NCBI GenBank assembly: GCA_016840085.1
Contig: JAEOTA010000022.1
Coordinates: 32,001-96,000 of the forward strand
Origin: Promethearchaeota archaeon
GTDB taxonomy: Archaea; Asgardarchaeota; Lokiarchaeia; Sigyniarchaeales; SOKP01
Direction: 5' to 3'
Length of the DNA: 64,000 bases
Positions within the stretch are counted from its first letter, which is position 1; each line of letters starts with the position of its first letter. Under the pieces are notes generated by a model. The model was not told the origin of the DNA, made no database searches, and saw only the letters and a program-made list of their open reading frames with translations. The translations under genes were made by a program, and so were the position numbers. Positions 9,675-18,531 of the stretch are shown here, in pieces.

Positions 9675-11309
9675 ATGGAAAAGAAAATGAAAAAAGAGAA
9701 ATTTAAATCGAAAGAAGAAGAACATTTGTGGGAAATCAGACAAGCATACATAGAACTCGTGGACTATTTAAAAATTATCATGTTTCAACAAGGCATTTTA
9801 GAAAGACCTTCATACATGGAACTTTCAACAAAACTGGGCTTTAATTATAATTGGATTAAAGACAAAAAGGATACTCTAAAAGCACATTTTCCATTGAAAA
9901 AAACATTTGACGACTTCTTTATTAGATTAATAGCGAAAAATATAGATTTATTAAATGGTTCTTGGAATGCCATTGAAAACAAATTTCAAAATCTCTATAA
10001 CATCGCTTTTTCTACAGAAGCAAACTTGCCTTCTTCCCCATCTGTATTCAAGAAATCAATTAAAAGGCAATTCTTTGATGACATAAAGGAAATAATTAGA
10101 TATAATTTTCCAAATGCCAGAATTTTTGACACTGATTTATCTAGGATTTTCTTCAGTAGAGCTAGAGCATTAAAAGATACTCATATTAAGGGAAGTACGA
10201 AATTCAGACGCTTTGATGAATCCACGCTTTTTGCTATGATATACAGAATTCGAATAATAACTAATCAAGATTTTGTAAGAAGAATAAGAGATATTAAAAC
10301 CGTAGATCAAATGACACTTAATAGCATCAAACGCGATATTGAAAGATATATTGAGGACTTCATATTTAGCAATCCCTTTAATAGTAAATACGTAAATGAC
10401 AAGCATGATATAGGAACCAAATATTTCAAGCCTGAATATGATTTAACTTTAAACTTGTGGTTTGTTCTATCTAAAACGAAGAAAACACCAATACTTTTAA
10501 AACACGCTCAAAAGATGTTAAAATTTGATACATTTGGGAAATTTAGGAGAGGATGGGAATATTCATGGGATGGTATTATGAATATGTTGAAAGAATTGGT
10601 TAAGTTATTGCCTAGTGAAGAATATTCAAAAGCTTTTGAGAAAGCTTGGAAATATGTTGAAATACGTAATTTATACCCAGCCTTACCTAGAGTGTATCAT
10701 TCAAGTTGGTATACTAAGAATACTATAAAATATCATGTATTAATGCTAATCATCCGTGATTTAGGACTAGATATTTTAAATCTTGACCGGATTAAACCAG
10801 AAGCTTTTAACAAGACTCAATTTATGGATTCTTACACATTTGAGAGACATCATATCTATATAAATGATAAATACTCAATCGATGTAAATAGACTAGTACT
10901 AGTTATGCATATGTATCACAACGACCTTGAAGGTAAAACTGATTTAGTATTAGAATTAGTCAAAAGAAGAATTGATTTAACTTTAGAATGTCCTCAATAC
11001 TATAAAACTAATCTCAAAGAATGGAAAACTAAGTGGCAAGAATATCTTGAAAGACGAAATTATTTAATAGAAAATGGCATAGAGAATTTCATCGTGAATT
11101 ATTTTACTGATGAACAAGGAAACAATTATGTACTTAATAGATTTTTTAATAATGTTCCCAAAGGTCATATTGAACAAGAAATACGAAGCATGATGCAAGA
11201 TTGGATTAACAAAGGAAGACCAGCACCAATTTTAAACACCCACATCTTAAATAGACTCTTTTTGGGAACGTCCCAACTTTTAAATAGTGGTTATTCACCC
11301 AATATTTAA
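9675..11309 (+). CDS. Hypothetical protein with an HNH-like (His-Me finger) nuclease motif
   Basis: FERHHI...SIDVNRLVLVMHMYH motif at about 10731-10932. It is homologous to the frame at 38949-39782. Confidence 0.55.
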   Translation: MEKKMKKEKFKSKEEEHLWEIRQAYIELVDYLKIIMFQQGILERPSYMELSTKLGFNYNWIKDKKDTLKAHFPLKKTFDDFFIRLIAKNIDLLNGSWNAIENKFQNLYNIAFSTEANLPSSPSVFKKSIKRQFFDDIKEIIRYNFPNARIFDTDLSRIFFSRARALKDTHIKGSTKFRRFDESTLFAMIYRIRIITNQDFVRRIRDIKTVDQMTLNSIKRDIERYIEDFIFSNPFNSKYVNDKHDIGTKYFKPEYDLTLNLWFVLSKTKKTPILLKHAQKMLKFDTFGKFRRGWEYSWDGIMNMLKELVKLLPSEEYSKAFEKAWKYVEIRNLYPALPRVYHSSWYTKNTIKYHVLMLIIRDLGLDILNLDRIKPEAFNKTQFMDSYTFERHHIYINDKYSIDVNRLVLVMHMYHNDLEGKTDLVLELVKRRIDLTLECPQYYKTNLKEWKTKWQEYLERRNYLIENGIENFIVNYFTDEQGNNYVLNRFFNNVPKGHIEQEIRSMMQDWINKGRPAPILNTHILNRLFLGTSQLLNSGYSPNI

Positions 11310-11360
11310 ATTTTTTTTTTTTTTTTTCCATACCTTTTCTTTACTTATGAAAGATGAGTG

Positions 11361-11379
11361 AAGACCCATTATTTAAATA
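11361..11379 (+). promoter_or_regulatory. Putative archaeal promoter (AAGACCC...TATTTAAATA) of the Zn-ribbon gene
   Basis: The same motif occurs before the paralogue at 39799-39820. The TATA-like box is about 29 nt before the ATG. Confidence 0.5.
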
Positions 11380-11407
11380 GTTTTTTTCCTATAAGTCTAC
11401 TATAATT

Positions 11408-11857
11408 ATGAAAGATGAGCGAAGAGTCATTATACGCAATGAACAACTTAAAAAGCTAAGAAATAACCTTAGAGAAATTATAATAAGAGCTGTTTATGAT
11501 GAGATTGAGATATTACGAAATTTTGATAGTTTATACGAAGGATGGCTGGAATTAACACAAGAAGAACAAAAAGAAGTTGCTTATTTACAAGGAACAAAAC
11601 ATAGTCTTTCTAGAGCATTAAATAATTCTATTTGTGTGTGCCCTCTTTGCACTCAAAGCGATAAGGATATGGTATATATCGCTGATCATGAAATTTGGTA
11701 TTGTATCGAATGCCAAGAAAAAGGGCTTATCTGGTACCCCTCACATGGAAGTGAAGAAGACAGAAGACAACATGATTACATAAATTGGTATTATGAACAG
11801 AAAGATAAGTTTACTAAAAAGTATCTCAATAAAGATAAAAAGGCTTCCGGTAAATAG
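11408..11857 (+). CDS. Zn-ribbon protein (CxxC-17-CxxC), partner of the HNH-like protein
   Basis: CPLC...WYCIEC; clear paralogue of 39834-40280. Confidence 0.7.
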   Translation: MKDERRVIIRNEQLKKLRNNLREIIIRAVYDEIEILRNFDSLYEGWLELTQEEQKEVAYLQGTKHSLSRALNNSICVCPLCTQSDKDMVYIADHEIWYCIECQEKGLIWYPSHGSEEDRRQHDYINWYYEQKDKFTKKYLNKDKKASGK

Positions 11858-11889
11858 CTCTTTCAGATCAGCGGATTGGATGGTCTTCT

Positions 11890-12285
11890 TTATACTCTCC
11901 TTCCACGATGCCCACCCTTCCTTCTACAGTGGTCGTGGGATTTAGGGGTTACTTCTTCAATCCTTCCGACTTGGAGGCCAGATCGTGCGAGGGCACGGAT
12001 ACAAGCTTGGGCACCTGGTCCGGGGGTTTGAGATTTATTTCCACCTGGGGCTCTTACTTTTATATGGATACCAGTTATTCCTTTATCCTTAAGTTCGGTG
12101 CTGACACGGAATCCGCACTGCATAGCGGCGTAGGGATTTGATTCATCGCGATCTGCCTTCACAACCATTCCACCAGAGCATTTTGCGAAAGTTTCTGCGC
12201 CTGAAAGGTCGGTAGCTGTCACGATGGTATTGTTATAGCTTGAAAAAATGTGAACAATTGCCCATTTATTTTCTCTCTTTGCCAT
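11890..12285 (-). CDS. rps11: 30S ribosomal protein S11 (uS11)
   Basis: [46 protein letters not shown]. Confidence 0.98.
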   Translation of the reverse strand: MAKRENKWAIVHIFSSYNNTIVTATDLSGAETFAKCSGGMVVKADRDESNPYAAMQCGFRVSTELKDKGITGIHIKVRAPGGNKSQTPGPGAQACIRALARSGLQVGRIEEVTPKSHDHCRRKGGHRGRRV

Positions 12286-12303
12286 TTTTTTATCAACCTA
12301 TAA

Positions 12304-12801
12304 TTATTCTTTTACTTGAGCAAAAGGGCTATTGGCCGCAAATCGAATTAGATCTTCCTCCGCTTGTTTTACAATATATGAGGGAGAGTTAACAATTTTA
12401 TCACCAATAGCAATATGTTTATGCACAATTTTCTGACGCGCTTCGTGAATTGTCTGCGCAAGACCTTTTTCATAGACAAGAGTCTGTAATCTTCGTTTTA
12501 AAAGATCTTCAACAGTAATGAGGAGTACATCCTCGAATTCTGCTTGTTCTCCAATTATACCTAGTCGATTCAATTTTTTGATTAATGTTTGTTGAACTTC
12601 AAGAGCTTGCTCTTTCGATAAAGTTCTAGATTGTCGCGCTATATGACGCCAATTTCCTAACGTAGTGCGAGTTTTCCAGAATTCTCGTTTATTCCTTAGA
12701 CCATATTTACCCAAGAATTCAAGTTCTTCCATCATTCTATCTTTTTGAAACGGATGTTTAGGCTTCTTAAATTTCTTTTTTAGCCGTCTAGGATCTCCCA
12801 T
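12304..12801 (-). CDS. rps4: 30S ribosomal protein S4 (uS4)
   Basis: MGDPRR...KPKHP, YGLRNKRE, RRLQTLVY, ARQKIVHKHI, NSPSY. Confidence 0.97.
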   Translation of the reverse strand: MGDPRRLKKKFKKPKHPFQKDRMMEELEFLGKYGLRNKREFWKTRTTLGNWRHIARQSRTLSKEQALEVQQTLIKKLNRLGIIGEQAEFEDVLLITVEDLLKRRLQTLVYEKGLAQTIHEARQKIVHKHIAIGDKIVNSPSYIVKQAEEDLIRFAANSPFAQVKE

Positions 12802-12819
12802 TTCTACACCTTTAGTTAT

Positions 12820-13311
12820 TTACTGTTGTTGTTGTCTTTTTCTCCTCCGCATAACTCCAACAACTAATCCATGACGCCCAGTGCTTTTGGTTCGTTGACC
12901 ACGCACTTTTAATCTTAGGTGATGTCTAACACCGCGGTAGCTTTTTATTTTTTTCATCCGATCTATGTCTCTTTTTATAGTAATATCTAATACGTTTCCG
13001 ATAACATGAAGATCTTCACCAGTGCGTAGATCTTTAGATCTATTTACCATCCAATTAGGGACACCATTTTCAACAGGATTTAAAATGACTTCTTCGATTC
13101 TATTTATGTCTTTTTCTGGAATGGCTCCAATCCTTATATTCGGATTTATTCCAGCCACTTTAACTATTACTTGAGCAAATCTTCTACCAACACCTTTAAT
13201 TTGTGTTAATCCATACTCAACTTTCGCGTTTCCATCCACTTGTGATCTCAGTTTACGGAAGAATACTTTTTCCCGAAAATTTTTTGGTCGAACTGCAGAT
13301 AAAGAACTCAT
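12820..13311 (-). CDS. rps13: 30S ribosomal protein S13 (uS13)
   Basis: LTQIKGVGRRFA, WMVNRSKD, SYRGVRH..LKVRGQRTKSTGR. Confidence 0.97.
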   Translation of the reverse strand: MSSLSAVRPKNFREKVFFRKLRSQVDGNAKVEYGLTQIKGVGRRFAQVIVKVAGINPNIRIGAIPEKDINRIEEVILNPVENGVPNWMVNRSKDLRTGEDLHVIGNVLDITIKRDIDRMKKIKSYRGVRHHLRLKVRGQRTKSTGRHGLVVGVMRRRKRQQQQ

Positions 13312-13489
13312 TTGAACTCAATCAATTAATAGTTTATTTTCTTTTTTAATTTAATGGTAGTAAATATAGAATTTAATATTAAATTTTTGGTTTTCTCAAA
13401 GGAGTGGGAACAAGGTAAGGAAATTTCAATACTTGGGATGTTAACATTTAGGTACTCTTATTTTTTTTTCCATTTTTGACGTTTTTCTT

Positions 13490-14617
13490 TTAAGATGGAA
13501 ATACACTAGTAGCATCATTATCGATAATAGCCCCAAAAAGTCGGTTAAAAAATGCCTTTCCTAGTTCAATTCCCCTTGGATCACTTCTATTTAACCGTGT
13601 AAAACTAAGAGGAGGCAAATACGCGTAAGCCATCAATGATCTTAAGTAACCATCCCATGCCCTATCAAAATCAACACTCGTAATTCCATTCTTTTCCAAT
13701 CGTTTCAAATATAATTTGATCATTTCCTTCTCAATTTGTCGTCTTAAATCAATTTTTATACTTCCTGATAAAAGGTATGCGACATCCAGAATACCTCCAC
13801 TTATTAGTGGCAATTGCCAATCGATAGTTATTATGGGATTTTCACTGTTCTCAGAATCAAAAAACATATTGGCTGCTCGATAGTCAAAATGCACAATAGT
13901 CAAATTTTCATCTTGGGTATTTTTAAGCAGCCACGGAAAATGTTTATATATCTTTTCTCCAACCTCTCGACCACCTTCTGGGAGAAAATTCAGAAAATCT
14001 TCTGATTTTACTGCTAAATCCCATGAATTACGGAAAGTATCGATGAATGACATTCTTATAGTTTTATCCTTAGGTTGAGGTATCCAGTCAAACGAAAAAA
14101 GATCTGGAGCATCCCACCATCGTGCATGAAAATCTGCAATTGAAATTATTGCTTGTTTGGTTTGCTCATAATTTAAACCTTCAACCTGGTCAACCATCTT
14201 ATAACATGAGCAATCTTCAAGAATGAGAATGAATCTTTTAGCTTCTAAATCATAATCTGAATAAATCAGACCTGGAACCCGTATAGGACTTTTTGGTGCT
14301 ACTTCGGTATAAAATCTTATCTCTTTTTCATAAAGGTTATATTGAAGAGCGACGGTTAAAGCTGTTCTAAAGGTTGTAGGCATTTTTACAATCATGGTTT
14401 TTGGTAGTTCAGGAGATTCTTTATCATAAGTATTTGTTAGTCTTGCTATATCACTCACAAATCCTTCCCCCACTCCCCATGGTTCTCTGGAAATGGATTC
14501 AATATTGAAATCCTTAAGATATCCAGAGTTATGAAGAACCTTATTAAGCCATTCTGAAGTGATTCTTTTAGTTCGTTTAGGTATCGTTAATGGTTTAGGT
14601 ATCATTATTAATAACAC
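13490..14617 (-). CDS. Aminoglycoside/ecdysteroid-kinase-like phosphotransferase
   Basis: EIRFY, LILED, HFDYRAAN (HxDxxxxN) and IDWQ. Confidence 0.8.
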   Translation of the reverse strand: MLLIMIPKPLTIPKRTKRITSEWLNKVLHNSGYLKDFNIESISREPWGVGEGFVSDIARLTNTYDKESPELPKTMIVKMPTTFRTALTVALQYNLYEKEIRFYTEVAPKSPIRVPGLIYSDYDLEAKRFILILEDCSCYKMVDQVEGLNYEQTKQAIISIADFHARWWDAPDLFSFDWIPQPKDKTIRMSFIDTFRNSWDLAVKSEDFLNFLPEGGREVGEKIYKHFPWLLKNTQDENLTIVHFDYRAANMFFDSENSENPIITIDWQLPLISGGILDVAYLLSGSIKIDLRRQIEKEMIKLYLKRLEKNGITSVDFDRAWDGYLRSLMAYAYLPPLSFTRLNRSDPRGIELGKAFFNRLFGAIIDNDATSVFPS

Positions 14618-14780
14618 CCTAATTTTACAATAACATAAAAATTATTCAGTGAGAATTTTAGGAATTATAAATCCTTATATCTACTTTTAATTTTTTACAA
14701 ATTTTTAAAAGAGATTCATAAGAAAATGATTCCATACAACATATTCCAATTTTATAATCGACATATACAAACGAACCCAT

Positions 14781-15326
14781 TTAATATTTGCTCCTCCATT
14801 TGTATCTACGATAACCATAGGAAGAAATCAATACAACCGTAACGCCAAGAAAAAAGAGTCCATAACTCGAAGCATAGCGAATATAACTTATTATTATCTC
14901 ACTAAAATATAAAATATCATCTTCTTCACCAACAGGATATTCTTCGGCATGAAATAAAATAAATGTATTGCCCTGAAATGGAGGAATTATTTGAATAGTT
15001 GCTATATATTCAGTTATATTTTCTACTTCCCAGTAAGGTATATACGGTTCTTCATTAAGAAAGCTCTTAAAACCTTTGCTGTCTATTATTTGAAGCGAAA
15101 TAGTTCCACGCTCAACAGAAATGTTTAGAAAGATTTCTTGAGAGTGCGATCTCCATGGAAATTCAAACCAATCTATATAATAAGAATTATGACTAGAAAG
15201 ACCATGTCCAACAGGGTATCCACGATCTAAAGTTTTAGTTTCAGGATAAGGTACAAATAATAGGCATAAACTAACAGTACTAGATAATATTATAAAAAAG
15301 ATAAGCCATGAAAACTTGCGAGGCAT
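14781..15326 (-). CDS. Hypothetical membrane protein (N- and C-terminal TM helices)
   Basis: Hydrophobic termini; co-oriented downstream of the ABC genes. Confidence 0.6.
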   Translation of the reverse strand: MPRKFSWLIFFIILSSTVSLCLLFVPYPETKTLDRGYPVGHGLSSHNSYYIDWFEFPWRSHSQEIFLNISVERGTISLQIIDSKGFKSFLNEEPYIPYWEVENITEYIATIQIIPPFQGNTFILFHAEEYPVGEEDDILYFSEIIISYIRYASSYGLFFLGVTVVLISSYGYRRYKWRSKY

Positions 15327-15377
15327 AATTATTCACTCTCTTTTCATTTTTTTTTTGCCATTCAGTTTAATTTTATC

Positions 15378-16166
15378 TTAATCAACCCTAATATCTAACT
15401 GTTTGAATGCATAAAATGTTATTAACATAATCAGTATAGATAATCCGAAAAATACAATTATACAAATGATTGTTACAGTACTTAAGACAATTTTATCATA
15501 AAAAATTAAATTATAAAAAAAATTGATAACTTTTACTGTGTAAGAACTGTATGAAAGAAGTCCTAATTCTAAATCTTCTAAAAATAGCTCTATAGTTACA
15601 TAAAAAAAAGGCAAAATGAAAGAAAGCACTACGTTCCGAGTTAACGCCGAAATCATGAATGTTAATGATGATATAAATATTAATTGTATAAATACAATTA
15701 AAAATCCCATTAGAAAAATATCGATCGAAACTAATAAATCGGTCCTAATGAAAATCATAATAAGAAAAGTTGAAAAATAAAATAACATCAAAATAAAAAT
15801 GCTTATCACCACACAAAATAACTTTATGGCAAGAATTTTATTTCTAGATTCCGTAGCATAAATTATCATAGCAGATTTATTAGAAAATTCTCCCGAAACC
15901 ATATCACCAACAATTATAATTGGAATAAGTCGGAGAAATAAATATATACTAAATTCTATAATATCTTCCCAATATAGCATCTCATCTAAATCGAATTGAG
16001 TGGTTATATTTCTAAAGTTATATTGATTCAAGATTAGGAATATATCGATCAATGATAAAATAAGGCATACAATAAACTTTATTGAGAGAAGCCTGTGTTT
16101 CAGATAAAAAGAGAACAAATGTTTTTCATAATATAAGGAAGATCGAATTTTATTCTCTCTTTTCAT
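15378..16166 (-). CDS. ABC-2 type transporter permease
   Basis: Multi-TM; VSGEFSNKS..I...SRNKILAIK motif; overlaps the ATPase gene. Confidence 0.8.
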   Translation of the reverse strand: MKRENKIRSSLYYEKHLFSFYLKHRLLSIKFIVCLILSLIDIFLILNQYNFRNITTQFDLDEMLYWEDIIEFSIYLFLRLIPIIIVGDMVSGEFSNKSAMIIYATESRNKILAIKLFCVVISIFILMLFYFSTFLIMIFIRTDLLVSIDIFLMGFLIVFIQLIFISSLTFMISALTRNVVLSFILPFFYVTIELFLEDLELGLLSYSSYTVKVINFFYNLIFYDKIVLSTVTIICIIVFFGLSILIMLITFYAFKQLDIRVD

Positions 16167-17106
16167 AGGATTCTCCCTTTATTATTTGTTTATATAATTT
16201 AATTAAAGTTCCACTAATAGGCGTGAAATTGAAATCTTTATAATCCTTTATTGTGTTATTTACTTTTTCTGGATTATCAGTTCTGAAAATAATTTTATCC
16301 CTTAATATTTTTGGTAAATCAGAAAACAGGTCCTTTTCAGCAGATAATAATTCAGTAAGTTCTTTAAGAGTCACATTATCTTCATAGTTGATTCTAGTTA
16401 TTTCATATTCATTAAATCCGTACATGTGAGCAAGATTGTAGACTATATCTGAAGCTTTTATTATGCCGTCATCAATAAACGCTACATAATCTGCTAATTG
16501 TTCTATTTCAAGAACGATATGGCTTGAAATAATAACTGTGATTCCTTCTTTTCTTTTCATTTGGATTTTTTGAATAAATTCCTCTCTACCTAATGGATCA
16601 ATATTAGATAAGGGTTCATCAAGAAAAACTATTTTAGGTTCTCCAGCAAACGCTTGAGCCAATCCTAAACGCTGCTTCATTCCTCTAGAATATGATTTAA
16701 TAATCTTATTCCAATAGTTTTTATCTATACCGCTCCACACTAAATATGATTCAACATGTTTTTTGTCTCCTCCTTTATTAGTTCTCAAGCCAATAATTAA
16801 TTTAAGAAACTGTCTTCCAGTAAGATTAGGATTAAACCCCACATTTTCAGGTAAAAAACCAATCTTTCTTCTTATTTTACCTGAGCTATTTAGGATATTA
16901 GTTCCGAAAATAGATGCGGTTCCATTTGATGGTTTTACTAAACCTAAGAGCATTAACATTGTTGTTGTTTTTCCTGCCCCGTTTGGTCCTAAAAAGGCAA
17001 AACACGAGTTTAGGATTTCCAAATTAATATTATCTACAACTACTCTATTATAATATTGTTTTGTTAAACCTTGAATTTTAATTATTGGTTCTTTAGTGGA
17101 ACTCAT
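16150..17106 (-). CDS. ABC transporter ATP-binding protein
   Basis: GPNGAGKTT, YSRGMKQR, FLDEP and SSH motifs. Confidence 0.95.
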   Translation of the reverse strand: MSSTKEPIIKIQGLTKQYYNRVVVDNINLEILNSCFAFLGPNGAGKTTTMLMLLGLVKPSNGTASIFGTNILNSSGKIRRKIGFLPENVGFNPNLTGRQFLKLIIGLRTNKGGDKKHVESYLVWSGIDKNYWNKIIKSYSRGMKQRLGLAQAFAGEPKIVFLDEPLSNIDPLGREEFIQKIQMKRKEGITVIISSHIVLEIEQLADYVAFIDDGIIKASDIVYNLAHMYGFNEYEITRINYEDNVTLKELTELLSAEKDLFSDLPKILRDKIIFRTDNPEKVNNTIKDYKDFNFTPISGTLIKLYKQIIKGESYEKRE

Positions 17107-17338
17107 AAGATTAGAGTTTTATTGAGTTATTTTTTAAAAAAAAAGATTGATTGTCTAATTCAAAATCTAATAGGATAAGAATCAATATATATCTATGTTA
17201 ACTGTCATAAAATGCTCACACGAAATATTTTAAATAACTAAATATAAAAATTAGAGTTAACTAAAATTTGATAAAAAGATATTTCTCAATTTTCATCATA
17301 GTCTAATTTTATTTTAAGAAAAAAGATGAAAGAGTGAA

Positions 17339-18043
17339 ATGAAAAGAAAACTGAAAAATGTACTACTAATAATAATTATAATTGGAATTATCCTAACAAG
17401 CTTGATAATTATTAATCATTTTATAATATTAACAAGAATATATTATAAGATAAATTATGAAGCAAACATTCAAAATTTTGAGAGCTTAATCGAAAAAAGT
17501 GAATTATTTGAATATCAAAAGTACTGTAAATATCGAGATTTATCAGGGGAGGTTCAAAACGTAAGTAATTTCGATTATTATTATCATATCGATAGAGATC
17601 TTATAGAATCTCTTAAGTTAAAAGTTGAAGATGATAAAGAGAAATTTCATTTTTGGCCCTTTTATAGTCATAAATTATTTTATTCATTAGAAGCTACTAA
17701 TGAATCTTTGATATATCTGACTTATAACAATAATTCAATTATTAAAGCGGAGTATGCAAACCATACAGAGATATTTGCTGCTTGGAGTGATTATTATGAA
17801 AATAACTCTCTATTTTGGGTGGGAAATTGGTATCTAAATTTTACTTATATCCCCTTTGCTTCTAATATATCATCTACTATTATATTAAATGATATTATTC
17901 TAGTCAAAATGAATCTATATTATGATTATGTTTATGGAAATTTGGGAGTTGAAACTTTAAGAATTGACCAATTCTTATGTTTTAATTCTAATCTCCAAAC
18001 TTTGTTTGTTTATTTTCCTTTAGTAGGTATGATAATGGCATAG
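17339..18043 (+). CDS. Hypothetical membrane-anchored/secreted protein
   Basis: Basic N-terminus followed by a hydrophobic helix; 234-aa ORF. Confidence 0.6.
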   Translation: MKRKLKNVLLIIIIIGIILTSLIIINHFIILTRIYYKINYEANIQNFESLIEKSELFEYQKYCKYRDLSGEVQNVSNFDYYYHIDRDLIESLKLKVEDDKEKFHFWPFYSHKLFYSLEATNESLIYLTYNNNSIIKAEYANHTEIFAAWSDYYENNSLFWVGNWYLNFTYIPFASNISSTIILNDIILVKMNLYYDYVYGNLGVETLRIDQFLCFNSNLQTLFVYFPLVGMIMA

Positions 18044-18256
18044 GAAAAATCTTAAGAGAGATATTTAACATTATTTCTTTTACTAAAAAAATTAAACAAA
18101 AATCATTATAATAAAATTAGTGAGTTGAGAGATAAGATTATGGGGTGGAAAACTAAACTGTTAGATAATTCCACCCTAATATTATAAACTCGCTTATCTA
18201 AATTGATTAATTCTCTTATATTAATATTTTATTCTTGATAAAATGTGATGAAGAAT

Positions 18257-18436
18257 TTAATAAATTGGAATCCATTTATTTTTCTCTTTTTTTTCGTTAA
18301 TATAGTTCTTACAATTATTTTTTTTACTATTAGCAATTATTTTAAGTAAAGATAAGCCTGACTTTACTTCTTCCAGTGGTTTAGTTTCGATTAATTTATT
18401 TGAGATTAAATCATTATAAAAAGTTTTTCCTTTTTC
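18257..18436 (-). pseudogene. Diverged relic copy of the last 59 codons of the adjacent FrhB-family gene
   Basis: Translates to EKGKTFYNDLISNKLIETKPLEEVKSGLSLLKIIANSKKNNCKNYINEKKEKNKWIPIY*, versus EKGKILYNDLISNNLIESKPLEGVKPGLPLLQRIAGSKKNNCKKHINSRLEENKRVPNY*. There is no start codon and an in-frame stop lies just upstream. Confidence 0.85.
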
Positions 18437-18531
18437 TCTTTAATCCTAACTTTATTCTTCTGCGAATAATCTACAAAAAAATGAAGTTTCAATCTATTTC
18501 TTGTTAAAAAAGAACAGGTAGTGTCAGTCGT

